DNA from: an uncultured virus (IMG/VR IMGVR_UViG_3300025087_000055)
Taxonomy: Duplodnaviria; Heunggongvirae; Uroviricota; Caudoviricetes
Direction: 5' to 3' (one strand)
DNA length: 64,000 nucleotides
IMG/VR virus record: IMGVR_UViG_3300025087_000055
Shown one piece after another: positions 48,844 to 57,439 of this stretch (its first letter is position 1; the number at the start of each line of letters is the position of its first letter). The notes beneath the pieces were generated by a model, which was not told where the DNA came from, ran no database searches, and worked only from the letters and a program-made list of their open reading frames with translations. Made by a program: the position numbers and the translations under genes.

Positions 48844-49083
48844 CTTTTACAAGTGGTACAAACAAGACGATAATTATGGTTCCTAAATCCACTTTCTGTA
48901 TGTTCTGTTCTCTTCTTGCAAATTGGACATCTTTTTATTATTTTATTACTCATATTTTTTCTATCTCCTTTCTAACTTTATACGCCCAAAAATTGCTAAC
49001 AAATGCTTCTCTATTCTCTTCTAATATTTTCATTACTTCTTCTATTACTCCTTTTTTTATAGCATAATCTTTACTATCTTGCA

Positions 49084-49980
49084 TCATATAAAATGTGGTT
49101 TTGATTTAATTATTGGTCTCTCCGCAGATAATCTTTTTGAAAGATAAAATTGCTTTTCTTTTGGCTTGTAATCTACTTTTGAACACATTGGAAAGTTCTG
49201 ACAACATCTATTCCATTTATCATGCTCATAGTCTTCCAATCTTACAACGCCTTTACGCATAATTTCTTGATAAATATTCAATCTTTTTAATGTAGCTATT
49301 AACATACTTTCAAATTCTGAAGCAACTTGATTATTAATTACTAATTGTTTGTATGGTTGCTCTTCTTGTTTGTTAAATAAAAATATTCTACCCCATACAT
49401 TAATATATCTTATATCTTTAGGATTGGGAAATAGATAACCTACTTTTCTATTTAGTTTTTTAGGTTTTATAGGTCTTCTTTTGTAGGGGGTTCCGTATAC
49501 GCATCGTGCTTCAAAATCTGTAAGGATAAGAACATACGCAAATAGTTGATACAAATAATTAATCGACCAACTTGATTTTCCTTCATCTATATAAATATTT
49601 AAGTCGTTATTCTTGTCAAAATGAATCTTTAATATATCTGCTTTTCCATATACACCCATTCTAGCCCCGATTATCTCCCATTCTTTAAATGCTACTGGAA
49701 CTCTATCAGTTATTAATTTCTTTCTAAATTCGATGTATTTTTCTTCGCTATCCATCTGGTCAAATCCTTTTTGCATTTCTTCATGTTTTTCTATCCCTTT
49801 CTTAAATAACTCCTTTGTTGCTTTACTAAATTTTGGTCTATGCCTTAATCCCAATATAAAAGACCTAATTGAAGAGGCAAGTGCGGTGGCACTACACATC
49901 TCTCCGTGTCTTATAAATTGTTTTGGATTGTTTACAAACATAAAACTTTTATTAGTCTTTATTAACATCTTACCATGCAT
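49084..49980 (-). CDS. Cas4/RecB-like PD-(D/E)XK nuclease
   Basis: GxxxH, GKAD, DEGKS, QLFAY and a C-terminal Cys cluster. Confidence 0.7.
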   Translation of the reverse strand: MHGKMLIKTNKSFMFVNNPKQFIRHGEMCSATALASSIRSFILGLRHRPKFSKATKELFKKGIEKHEEMQKGFDQMDSEEKYIEFRKKLITDRVPVAFKEWEIIGARMGVYGKADILKIHFDKNNDLNIYIDEGKSSWSINYLYQLFAYVLILTDFEARCVYGTPYKRRPIKPKKLNRKVGYLFPNPKDIRYINVWGRIFLFNKQEEQPYKQLVINNQVASEFESMLIATLKRLNIYQEIMRKGVVRLEDYEHDKWNRCCQNFPMCSKVDYKPKEKQFYLSKRLSAERPIIKSKPHFI

Positions 49981-50311
49981 CTCCTTCTTGTTTTTCCTTT
50001 GCTTCTTTTATTAATTGACTGGCTTCAATTTTTGTTATTTTGCTTGTATCCTCAGTAAATCCAAGTTTTTTCAGTAAGTAAATTTGTTTGCTTGTTGCTG
50101 GTTCGTTTGGATTCTTCAATTGTCCAGTAAACTCCTTCTTTGGATATTGCCCTTGTTGATGTTGCTCTTTTTCTCTTTGTATGTTTTGAGAGATAAAAAT
50201 CCTTGTGGAGCAATCTAAAATTATGTCATCAGACAGCTTTGTTAATTTTAGGTTTTTTCTTACTTCAATTAATTCTTTAATTATATTCTGTAAATCTTCC
50301 ATTTTATACAC
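49970..50311 (-). CDS. Protein with a PATxKQ...LG...EASxLI helical motif
   Basis: EPATSKQIYLLKKLG...ITKIEASQLI. Confidence 0.6.
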   Translation of the reverse strand: MYKMEDLQNIIKELIEVRKNLKLTKLSDDIILDCSTRIFISQNIQREKEQHQQGQYPKKEFTGQLKNPNEPATSKQIYLLKKLGFTEDTSKITKIEASQLIKEAKEKQEGDAW

Positions 50312-50519
50312 CTCCCTCCATAATTATGAATCTAAATAATATTAATAAAATAACAGCCAACATACCTCCTATAAAAATTAGTGTGTTTGCTAATAGATTC
50401 ACTTTCCATGAATAAGTTTCTTCCAAATCTAATGCTCTATCTATCCATTCTTTTCTTGATTTAAACAGAGACTTATTTCCTTTTATCAAATCTGCCTTTG
50501 TTAAATTATTATAATTCAT
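50304..50519 (-). CDS. Small TM protein
   Basis: ORF track. Confidence 0.6.
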   Translation of the reverse strand: MNYNNLTKADLIKGNKSLFKSRKEWIDRALDLEETYSWKVNLLANTLIFIGGMLAVILLILFRFIIMEGGV

Positions 50520-50663
50520 TTTTTTTCCTAAACCTACTTCCTCGGTCTGAACATAAAGGACAAGTATGCCCTTCTTTTTTCTCTATCGAATCTGAGCCAT
50601 ATTCTTGAAGGCAATACTGACACTTGTATACATAATTAAAATATTTACTTAAATCTGAGTTAG

Positions 50664-51071
50664 TCATGATGCGTTTGTGTTTACCTCCAATTTATTTATA
50701 ACTATTGTAATATTTGGATTGTTCGAAAACTGATTGTTATAGGTGTTTGCTACTTGATTATTTATTACTGGAGCGATAGTATGATTGTAGAAGTTAGTTA
50801 TTGGTTGCTTAATATCTATTATTGTTTGGAACTTTCCAGACCATATAAGAAATATTAATGCTGAAATTGCGATAATTACAAAAATAATGAATACTGACAC
50901 GAGAAAGTTATGCCATCTGCTATTATATACCTTATAAGGATAGTCTGATTCATCTAGTCTCTGATTAGCCTCCTCTTTCCATGCTCTAACTTCTTTCTTT
51001 TCTTCTTCCTTTATAATCTTATCGTTAGGTAATGGATTATAATATGTCTTACTAAACCCTTCGTCTTCCAT
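50664..51071 (-). CDS. Single-TM protein
   Basis: ORF track. Confidence 0.65.
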   Translation of the reverse strand: MEDEGFSKTYYNPLPNDKIIKEEEKKEVRAWKEEANQRLDESDYPYKVYNSRWHNFLVSVFIIFVIIAISALIFLIWSGKFQTIIDIKQPITNFYNHTIAPVINNQVANTYNNQFSNNPNITIVINKLEVNTNAS

Positions 51072-51173
51072 GTTTTTTCTCCTTGAATATTACTTTTGTA
51101 CTCATCTCTATTGGCTTATTTTGTACGTATAAATTACTTACAATCTTTATCTTGTCTAGACCATTCATTTTTA

Positions 51174-51521
51174 TTATATCCTTCCTTTAACTTTCCCATA
51201 AATTTTATTTTTTGAAAATAGAGCTACGAATGAAACGTAAATCATTAAAAGTGTGGCAGAAAACATGGTAATATCCCCTAAGCTCCATAACCCTGGAGGT
51301 AACTTTATTATATCGGATAGGTAAGGATATTTTACCTCTTGCTTATCATTAAAACTAATATATTTATTATCTTCATAGTCGTATTCAGCATAAAAAGGCA
51401 TCTTTCCACCATTGTTAGTCATAACCATATACTGCATCGTCATCCCAGCCATTAATAACAACAAGCAAAATATTATTTTTATTAAAACAATGTTTAATTT
51501 GACATTATCTATTTTTTCCAT
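51174..51521 (-). CDS. DUF5317-like membrane protein
   Basis: NGGKMP...LSDII...SLGDI pattern. Confidence 0.6.
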   Translation of the reverse strand: MEKIDNVKLNIVLIKIIFCLLLLMAGMTMQYMVMTNNGGKMPFYAEYDYEDNKYISFNDKQEVKYPYLSDIIKLPPGLWSLGDITMFSATLLMIYVSFVALFSKNKIYGKVKGRI

Positions 51522-51757
51522 GATTTATCCCTCTTCCTAGATATTGCATCAGGATTTTTTATTATAATCTTTTCAGAATCAGTCATAACAATTATATTCA
51601 AATGCTGTGGATGTATTGCTATACAAGTACCTCTCTTTACTTTTCCCTCAACGAGAACGCTCACCTCTTTTCCAACGCATTTAGCTAACTCTTCTAAATA
51701 TTTATATTGCAATCCTTTTTGTGTTAATTCTTCTTGTTGCATATTAAATACCTTCAC
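51509..51757 (-). CDS. Sm/LSm-like RNA-binding protein
   Basis: Sm1-like LAKCVGKEVSVLV...GTCIAIHPQHLNIIV. Confidence 0.6.
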   Translation of the reverse strand: MKVFNMQQEELTQKGLQYKYLEELAKCVGKEVSVLVEGKVKRGTCIAIHPQHLNIIVMTDSEKIIIKNPDAISRKRDKSWKK

Positions 51758-51850
51758 TCCTAAATAAAGAAATAGTTAAATTTTTTTCTGTTTTCTCTCT
51801 TCCTCTTTTTCCTACTCTCATAATTTATCTAAGAATAATTAGTATTTAAA

Positions 51851-51886
51851 TGTTTCTAAACCTTGTTTATAAACTAAACAACTAAA
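51851..51886. repeat. Inverted copy of the 36-bp element, abutting TATA 51843-51850
   Basis: 35/36 identity to 41859-41894. Confidence 0.85.
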
Positions 51887-51955
51887 GGATAAATATACAC
51901 TACTTGAAAATAACACCTTTGTCGCTATAATCTATTTTATGATAATATTTACTAT

Positions 51956-51986
51956 CTATCATTAATTGATAGAATTAATTTAAATA
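51956..51986 (+). promoter_or_regulatory. CTATCA-N5-TGATAG palindrome (51956-51972) + 6 nt + TATA TTTAAATA (51979-51986)
   Basis: 17-mer identical to 22891-22907. Confidence 0.8.
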
Positions 51987-52007
51987 GTTCTCTATTAATT
52001 ATAACTT

Positions 52008-52160
52008 ATGGCATCGTACTTAAGTGTTAAGCATAGACTACTTATTAGTAAAGTTGTTGATGGTGATAATGTAACTTATAGCTGTGCTCCTTTAAAGAAA
52101 TCTAGAATTCAATCTCTTAAAATGGTTTGCAAGAGAATAGGAGTTAAACATTATGATTAA
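52008..52160 (+). CDS. 50-aa basic peptide (below cutoff)
   Basis: Manual translation MASYLSVKHRLL...CKRIGVKHYD; leaderless after TATA. Confidence 0.55.
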   Translation: MASYLSVKHRLLISKVVDGDNVTYSCAPLKKSRIQSLKMVCKRIGVKHYD

Positions 52161-52181
52161 AATATTGAAAGGAGGCATAAG

Positions 52182-52379
52182 ATGAGACTAAATACTTTAG
52201 ACAAGTGGTTTCTATGGATTAGTGTCGCTGGTGGAGTTGGATGGGGTTCTGACCTATTGAACATAAATCTGCTAGATACTATAGAAGCAAATATTCCTGT
52301 TTTGGCTACATTGATTAAGTTATCTACAGGAGTGGCTGCATTTTACATAGGATATAGATTAATTAACAAGTTCAAGTAA
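52182..52379 (+). CDS. DUF378-like small membrane protein
   Basis: GGAGG RBS; GGVGWG...NLL...GVAAFY pattern. Confidence 0.55.
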   Translation: MRLNTLDKWFLWISVAGGVGWGSDLLNINLLDTIEANIPVLATLIKLSTGVAAFYIGYRLINKFK

Positions 52380-52414
52380 TTGAGTTCTCTTCTGGGAGAA
52401 AGGGGTTACTTAGA

Positions 52415-52552
52415 ATGAGTAATAAATTTGATAATTGTGTTAAAAATATAAATATGAAAATAAGAAATGGAATCATACCAAGAAAGTATAAATGTGGAAA
52501 GGATAGCTATTGCTCTTCAAATGCTTATGCTTTATGTAGGAGAATAAAATGA
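52415..52552 (+). CDS. 45-aa basic Cys-rich peptide (below cutoff)
   Basis: MSNKFDNCVK...NAYALCRRIK; ATGA overlap with the next gene. Confidence 0.55.
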   Translation: MSNKFDNCVKNINMKIRNGIIPRKYKCGKDSYCSSNAYALCRRIK

Positions 52553-53163
52553 AAGAATGCAAGAGAAATGATTTAAATTTTGAAGGAAAATGTGTTGCTT
52601 CTACTTCACAATGGAGTGATAAAGTTAGATTTTATGCTAATAAAAATAATCATACTCTCATAACATCTGAGAAAGAACCTATTGGAAAAGGATGGTGTAA
52701 GGTGAGGGTAGGTAAATTTGTGGAGAAACAGAGAGGCGAATGTAATGTATCAAAAGCATTATACCAACATTATCCTGATTACAAAGAGGTTTCAACTTTT
52801 ACAGAAGATAGTTATCATGCACCTAAATCTGGAAAAGTATCAAGCTATGGCACACATAATTATAATTTAGATTATTCTAATCTAAAACCTATTGATTCTG
52901 CTTATAAAGTTTTAGACGACATCAAATCCACTAATAAGTCTAAGTTTGGTAAGCCCCTAAAACAAGTTCAATTCCATGAATGGGAATATATTGTTTTGAA
53001 TTGGAAGCCTGAAGGAGACAAAATAAAATTACAAGTTAGTCATTCTATTAGTAATCCTTTAACTGGAGAAAAGAAAACTATTTATGAATCTCAAGAGTAT
53101 GATGAAAGTGATTCAAAGGCAGCTATACAAAAATTCAATGAGGTTGTTAATAAAGTAAAATGA
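52549..53163 (+). CDS. Hypothetical protein
   Basis: ORF track. Confidence 0.7.
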   Translation: MKECKRNDLNFEGKCVASTSQWSDKVRFYANKNNHTLITSEKEPIGKGWCKVRVGKFVEKQRGECNVSKALYQHYPDYKEVSTFTEDSYHAPKSGKVSSYGTHNYNLDYSNLKPIDSAYKVLDDIKSTNKSKFGKPLKQVQFHEWEYIVLNWKPEGDKIKLQVSHSISNPLTGEKKTIYESQEYDESDSKAAIQKFNEVVNKVK

Positions 53164-53384
53164 CAAAACTAAAATGTTGGAAAAAAACAGGTATATCCAA
53201 AACATCTATTTGGTGGAAAAATGGTGACCAAAATGTGAATGTTACAGACATTCCCCAAACAGAACAGTGGTTTGCCTTTATAGACCCAGGAAAGAAATTT
53301 AAAGCAAGAACAGAGATAGCAAGAAATAAAAAAGAAGCAACCAAATATGCTAAAGCATACATGAAAGAGCATAATAACTGTTAA
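53160..53384 (+). CDS. Small basic protein, paralogue of 27510..27761
   Basis: Shared KLKCWKK and YMKEH..C termini. Confidence 0.75.
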   Translation: MTKLKCWKKTGISKTSIWWKNGDQNVNVTDIPQTEQWFAFIDPGKKFKARTEIARNKKEATKYAKAYMKEHNNC

Positions 53385-53406
53385 TATAACCAGCAAAGGA
53401 GGTAAA

Positions 53407-53499
53407 ATGAATCAACAACAAAAATTTAAAAAAGCAGCTCATACTTGCAAAGGAAAACCTAATTATAAGTCGTGCATGAAAAAGCAACTTAGGAAGTAA
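53407..53499 (+). CDS. 30-aa basic two-Cys peptide (below cutoff)
   Basis: AAGGAGGT RBS; MNQQQKFKKAAHTCKGKPNYKSCMKKQLRK. Confidence 0.6.
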   Translation: MNQQQKFKKAAHTCKGKPNYKSCMKKQLRK

Positions 53500-53502
53500 A
53501 TC

Positions 53503-53985
53503 TTGGAGATAGAAAAACGAGAATGGGCATTAGCGATATCTTTTGCAGTATTAGGAATAATATTTGCTAGTAGAAATTGGATTCTACTTTTGAATAAACT
53601 TAATCCATATCAAGGATTCTTAGTTTATTATGCAATTATATTTTTATGTTTATTTATTTTAGCTAAGTTAGGGTTAGTTATATTTGATACAAAAGTTAAG
53701 AATATAAAACAAGTAATTGGAATGACTTTGATTTTCTTTGCCTTTTTTGTTATATTTAATTGGACAAGTCCATACATAAATCAAGTAACAACTGGAAGTT
53801 TGGATGGTGCCTCAAAGATATTCTATTTTAGTGAAGATGGTGTTTTATGGACTTTTTGGTATAACTTGACAAAGAGTATTGATTTGTCTATCGTATTGAC
53901 TTATGTACTTAGTCCGTTTCTTATTGTTTTATTAGCTTCCTTATTAATTAGAGACAAACCTAAGTTTATAGCACACGAATCTTAA
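53503..53985 (+). CDS. Polytopic membrane protein
   Basis: ORF track; about 4 TMs. Confidence 0.7.
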   Translation: MEIEKREWALAISFAVLGIIFASRNWILLLNKLNPYQGFLVYYAIIFLCLFILAKLGLVIFDTKVKNIKQVIGMTLIFFAFFVIFNWTSPYINQVTTGSLDGASKIFYFSEDGVLWTFWYNLTKSIDLSIVLTYVLSPFLIVLLASLLIRDKPKFIAHES

Positions 53986-54233
53986 TTATCTTTTATTTTA
54001 CTTTCTCCCTTACAACAATCAATTTAATCTTTTTATCTTTAGGTCTTGCAGGATATTCGAATCCTGTTATCTTATTGTAATATCTTTTTATTGTATTCAT
54101 TTCATTACCTCTAGTTTCAATTCTTTTAACCACGCCTCAAACTCATAATCAGGGATATCGTTCTTCCCTTTATTAAATGCTATTCTCAATAAATGGTTTG
54201 CATGTCTTTTAGTTATTGCTTCTAGTTTAATCT

Positions 54234-54455
54234 TCATTTTCTTTGTCCTACAGACTTCCATAGTCTTCTATTCTTTCTTAACTGTAGATACTTCTTATAA
54301 GGAACTTTCTCCATTCTTAATGCTTGTTCAACATAATATTGGATTATACCTTCTAAGTTTATAGAGTATCTCTGCCAAATTTCATCACGAATCTTTGTAT
54401 TAAACTTCGTTCTGATTAACTTTGTTAATTCGCTATGTATTTGTTCTTTATTCAT
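54234..54455 (-). CDS. Hypothetical protein
   Basis: ORF track. Confidence 0.55.
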   Translation of the reverse strand: MNKEQIHSELTKLIRTKFNTKIRDEIWQRYSINLEGIIQYYVEQALRMEKVPYKKYLQLRKNRRLWKSVGQRK

Positions 54456-55125
54456 CTTCTTTTTTCCTTTTCATCCCCGCTTTATCTGAATATTTATCTT
54501 TATGTCTATAACCTTTAAAGTCATCAAACATATCAATCCTTAACTTAGCCATCTGTCCTGTTTTTAAATTGTGAAAGACTATTCCTTCTGGCTTCTTGTC
54601 TATTCTCTTTTTCTTCATTAATAAGCTAAATATTCCACCATCTTTAATATCATCAAGAAACCACTTCTTTAGACCTTCGAAAGTCTTAGAATATTTGTGA
54701 AAACTTTTATAAGCCAAATGGTCTCTACAATAAGTATTAAATGGCAACCAAAGATGTCCTTTAATTTTTAAAGGATTACCATTTAATTTTTCTCCAACTA
54801 CTTCTCCGAAGTGTTGTCCGTCAGGAAGTTCAGTATATCCTCTTTTGAAACTTTCCATAATAGCTTCAACAATAAATTCTTTTCCTTTGCAGAAAAAAGG
54901 TATTCTATTTGTCCTATTCCATATACTACTTATTATTCCGTTCTCAATAACTATTGAAACATCCGTACCATCTAATTTTTCAGTTGCGAGAACGTCATTT
55001 TCATTTCCTTCAAAAACCCAATCATATCCTTCTGTAATCTCTGGTGTTACTACATAATCTCCTTTATCATTAATCTTCCTTATAAAAGGACTTTCTAATT
55101 TTGGGAAATCATTTATTTTAATCAT
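54448..55125 (-). CDS. ATP-dependent RNA ligase-like nucleotidyltransferase
   Basis: Motif I TEKLDG, FGE, motif IV EGIVF, motif V MAKLR. Confidence 0.8.
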   Translation of the reverse strand: MIKINDFPKLESPFIRKINDKGDYVVTPEITEGYDWVFEGNENDVLATEKLDGTDVSIVIENGIISSIWNRTNRIPFFCKGKEFIVEAIMESFKRGYTELPDGQHFGEVVGEKLNGNPLKIKGHLWLPFNTYCRDHLAYKSFHKYSKTFEGLKKWFLDDIKDGGIFSLLMKKKRIDKKPEGIVFHNLKTGQMAKLRIDMFDDFKGYRHKDKYSDKAGMKRKKEDE

Positions 55126-55146
55126 AATATCCTCCTTTTATTGTTT

Positions 55147-55341
55147 TCATTCTATTATCTCCATTATTGCATGACCACATTTACATATTAACCATTCTTC
55201 TTCTACATTAGGATGTCCTCTTACTGGAACTCCTGATTCAATATTATTCTGTCCAATTCTATGACAAACAGGACATTTTATGTCTTCATAGGTCATTTGT
55301 GTATCTCTGTAATAATCTCCCCATTCATGCCCAGTTTTCAT
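55147..55341 (-). CDS. Zn-ribbon protein
   Basis: CPVC...CKCGH. Confidence 0.6.
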   Translation of the reverse strand: MKTGHEWGDYYRDTQMTYEDIKCPVCHRIGQNNIESGVPVRGHPNVEEEWLICKCGHAIMEIIE

Positions 55342-55937
55342 TTCTTTTTCTCCTGTGCAGAAACGTCTTCAATTCTGCACTGAACTTGGTTTGGAGCTTC
55401 ATTTCCCCAAACATCCCAACCTTCAATTCTTTCACGAGCAAATAACTCTATTCTTGGTAAGTTGCCATATAACTTTACAATTCTTTCTCTAACTTCACTT
55501 GGTTTCTTAGAATGATTTGTTACTGGAGATAATACAATTTGCTTAATACTTTTATCTTTACGTGATAAATATTTTCCATTTAGTCCAATTAAACATAATT
55601 CTGCATTAGAATTTGTATATTTTCCTAATCCAGACCTAATCCCTTTTGTTGTTGTTTTTACCCATACAAATCCACAAGTTCGGTATTCAAATCCCCATGC
55701 GTTCATTACTTTAAAAGATTTTTGTAATAAGGGCATAGTAGTCCATAAAAATAATATGGCATCTTTTTCTGCAATATGCTTTATCGGGAGATTACAAAGC
55801 TCATCAATCTTCATAACTTGATAACTTATCCCACCATATTTTTTAGGTCTATCTGAACTTGGATTCTCTCTTTTATCGGTATAGAACCATGGCGGGTCAG
55901 CGTATATAATTTTATACTTTTTATTTGGTAAATTCAT
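55338..55937 (-). CDS. MT-A70-family adenine methyltransferase
   Basis: IIYADPPW, LFLWTT, WGF, HSKKP, IELFAR, WGNE. Confidence 0.92.
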   Translation of the reverse strand: MNLPNKKYKIIYADPPWFYTDKRENPSSDRPKKYGGISYQVMKIDELCNLPIKHIAEKDAILFLWTTMPLLQKSFKVMNAWGFEYRTCGFVWVKTTTKGIRSGLGKYTNSNAELCLIGLNGKYLSRKDKSIKQIVLSPVTNHSKKPSEVRERIVKLYGNLPRIELFARERIEGWDVWGNEAPNQVQCRIEDVSAQEKKK

Positions 55938-56227
55938 TTTTGTTTGCCTCCGTCTTCTTTCCCGTACTTTCCAATCAGTTTTTCTTTTAATTGTTGTAAA
56001 TCTTGAATGATTATAATTACTCTTGAATATCTAACGCTTGGCTTTGTTATATTGTTCTCTTTAATAAAATAATTCCAATAATTTATCTTCATATCAATCT
56101 CACTTGCTATGTGTCCTTTGAGTTCTTCAAACTCTGTGGGATATATCTTAACAAATCCAACATCATGCTCATCAATATCTCCTTCCGATTGACTGTTCCA
56201 CCACAAGTCTAATATTCCTTTTCTCAT
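55934..56227 (-). CDS. Hypothetical protein
   Basis: ORF track. Confidence 0.55.
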   Translation of the reverse strand: MRKGILDLWWNSQSEGDIDEHDVGFVKIYPTEFEELKGHIASEIDMKINYWNYFIKENNITKPSVRYSRVIIIIQDLQQLKEKLIGKYGKEDGGKQK

Positions 56228-56475
56228 TTCAGTTCTCCTTGTCCAGTCTTTCTATACAAAGACATAATAGTATTCATCTTAACTTCTTTACAATGCTTTT
56301 CACAATAATAATTTTTCTCTGCATCTGGGTCTGCCATTCCTAAACTATGGGTCGCTTCTTTTTTACATTTAGGAAATTGACATTCTATTGGTTTCCTTCT
56401 TTGAGGTATTCTACTTTCAGGTAATTTATATCTCTTACTCATTTTACATTTTCTCCAGTCTTTGCGTAACGCCAA
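56224..56475 (-). CDS. Zn-finger protein
   Basis: CQFPKC...YCEKH. Confidence 0.55.
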   Translation of the reverse strand: MALRKDWRKCKMSKRYKLPESRIPQRRKPIECQFPKCKKEATHSLGMADPDAEKNYYCEKHCKEVKMNTIMSLYRKTGQGELK

Positions 56476-56969
56476 GTTATTAATTCGTTTCCAATAAATG
56501 TATGAGTTACTTGAATTGTTTGGCTTATATTCCCAATCTGGACAGTAAAGTCATAAATACAAGTATAACTATCAAAATCCCCGCTCCATTGAATCAATTT
56601 GCCAGATGTCTGTCCTGTTCTAGATTCTCCGTTAAGATAATTCTCTGCTTGTTTCTGCATATCATAAAAGATTGGATTTAATTCCATTGTTTGTTTATCT
56701 ACTTCTCTTCCTAGTTCACAATATCTTCTATCTCTCGAGTTGTTAGAAATAGGATTCACACTAAAAATCAAGATTATAAACAAAATTGGAATTACCAAAA
56801 TCCACCAATATCTATTATCAAACTTCATTTGCTTACCTTTTGTGTACTTCTTAGGATAACTCCAACTCCCTATTGTCCAATATTCAATATGTCTTCCGAC
56901 GAAATAACCCATTAGTAATAATCCTATTAGACTTATCATAATAATTAGTCCTTCCTGTATAGTTATCAT
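56439..56969 (-). CDS. Membrane protein
   Basis: Two TMs; ORF track. Confidence 0.6.
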   Translation of the reverse strand: MITIQEGLIIMISLIGLLLMGYFVGRHIEYWTIGSWSYPKKYTKGKQMKFDNRYWWILVIPILFIILIFSVNPISNNSRDRRYCELGREVDKQTMELNPIFYDMQKQAENYLNGESRTGQTSGKLIQWSGDFDSYTCIYDFTVQIGNISQTIQVTHTFIGNELITWRYAKTGENVK

Positions 56970-57439
56970 TCTATTGGTACCAACCTTTTATTGAATCTTC
57001 TTTTAGCATTCTTTTCCATTTGTCTTTTTCTATAAACTGAATTAGTCCAATAAACTATTGTACTAAATGAAACTCCAAGCTCTTTAGCTATTTCAGTTTT
57101 AGAATCTCCTTCTTTAAGTCTTTGTCTAATAAAATCTAAATGTTTTTGGTCTAAAACAAATCTTTTATCCCCTTGCTTTTTCCATTCATCTAGTTTCTTT
57201 GTAATATTTATAATTCTAATTCCATGACAACAAGGTTCTGGGTCTAATGTTCCTTCATTAATTATCCATTGTTTTAATCCATCTACTGCTTCAATAAAGC
57301 CCTGTCTTCTAGCTCTTCTATGTAATGTTGCAGGATATTCAGACTCTTTATATTCTTTAATAATTCTTTTCTTCCATTCTTTCAGTTGTTTTCCTGTAAA
57401 AGTTAATTTGTCTTTATTCTTTAGATTGTATGCTTTCAT
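56966..57439 (-). CDS. Protein with a C-terminal HTH
   Basis: SKTEIAKELGVSFSTIVYW. Confidence 0.7.
   Translation of the reverse strand: MKAYNLKNKDKLTFTGKQLKEWKKRIIKEYKESEYPATLHRRARRQGFIEAVDGLKQWIINEGTLDPEPCCHGIRIINITKKLDEWKKQGDKRFVLDQKHLDFIRQRLKEGDSKTEIAKELGVSFSTIVYWTNSVYRKRQMEKNAKRRFNKRLVPIE

Noticed and set aside
41859..51886. 36-bp repeat as a CRISPR repeat
   Set aside because: Copies are dispersed, inverted and promoter-associated; there is no spacer array.
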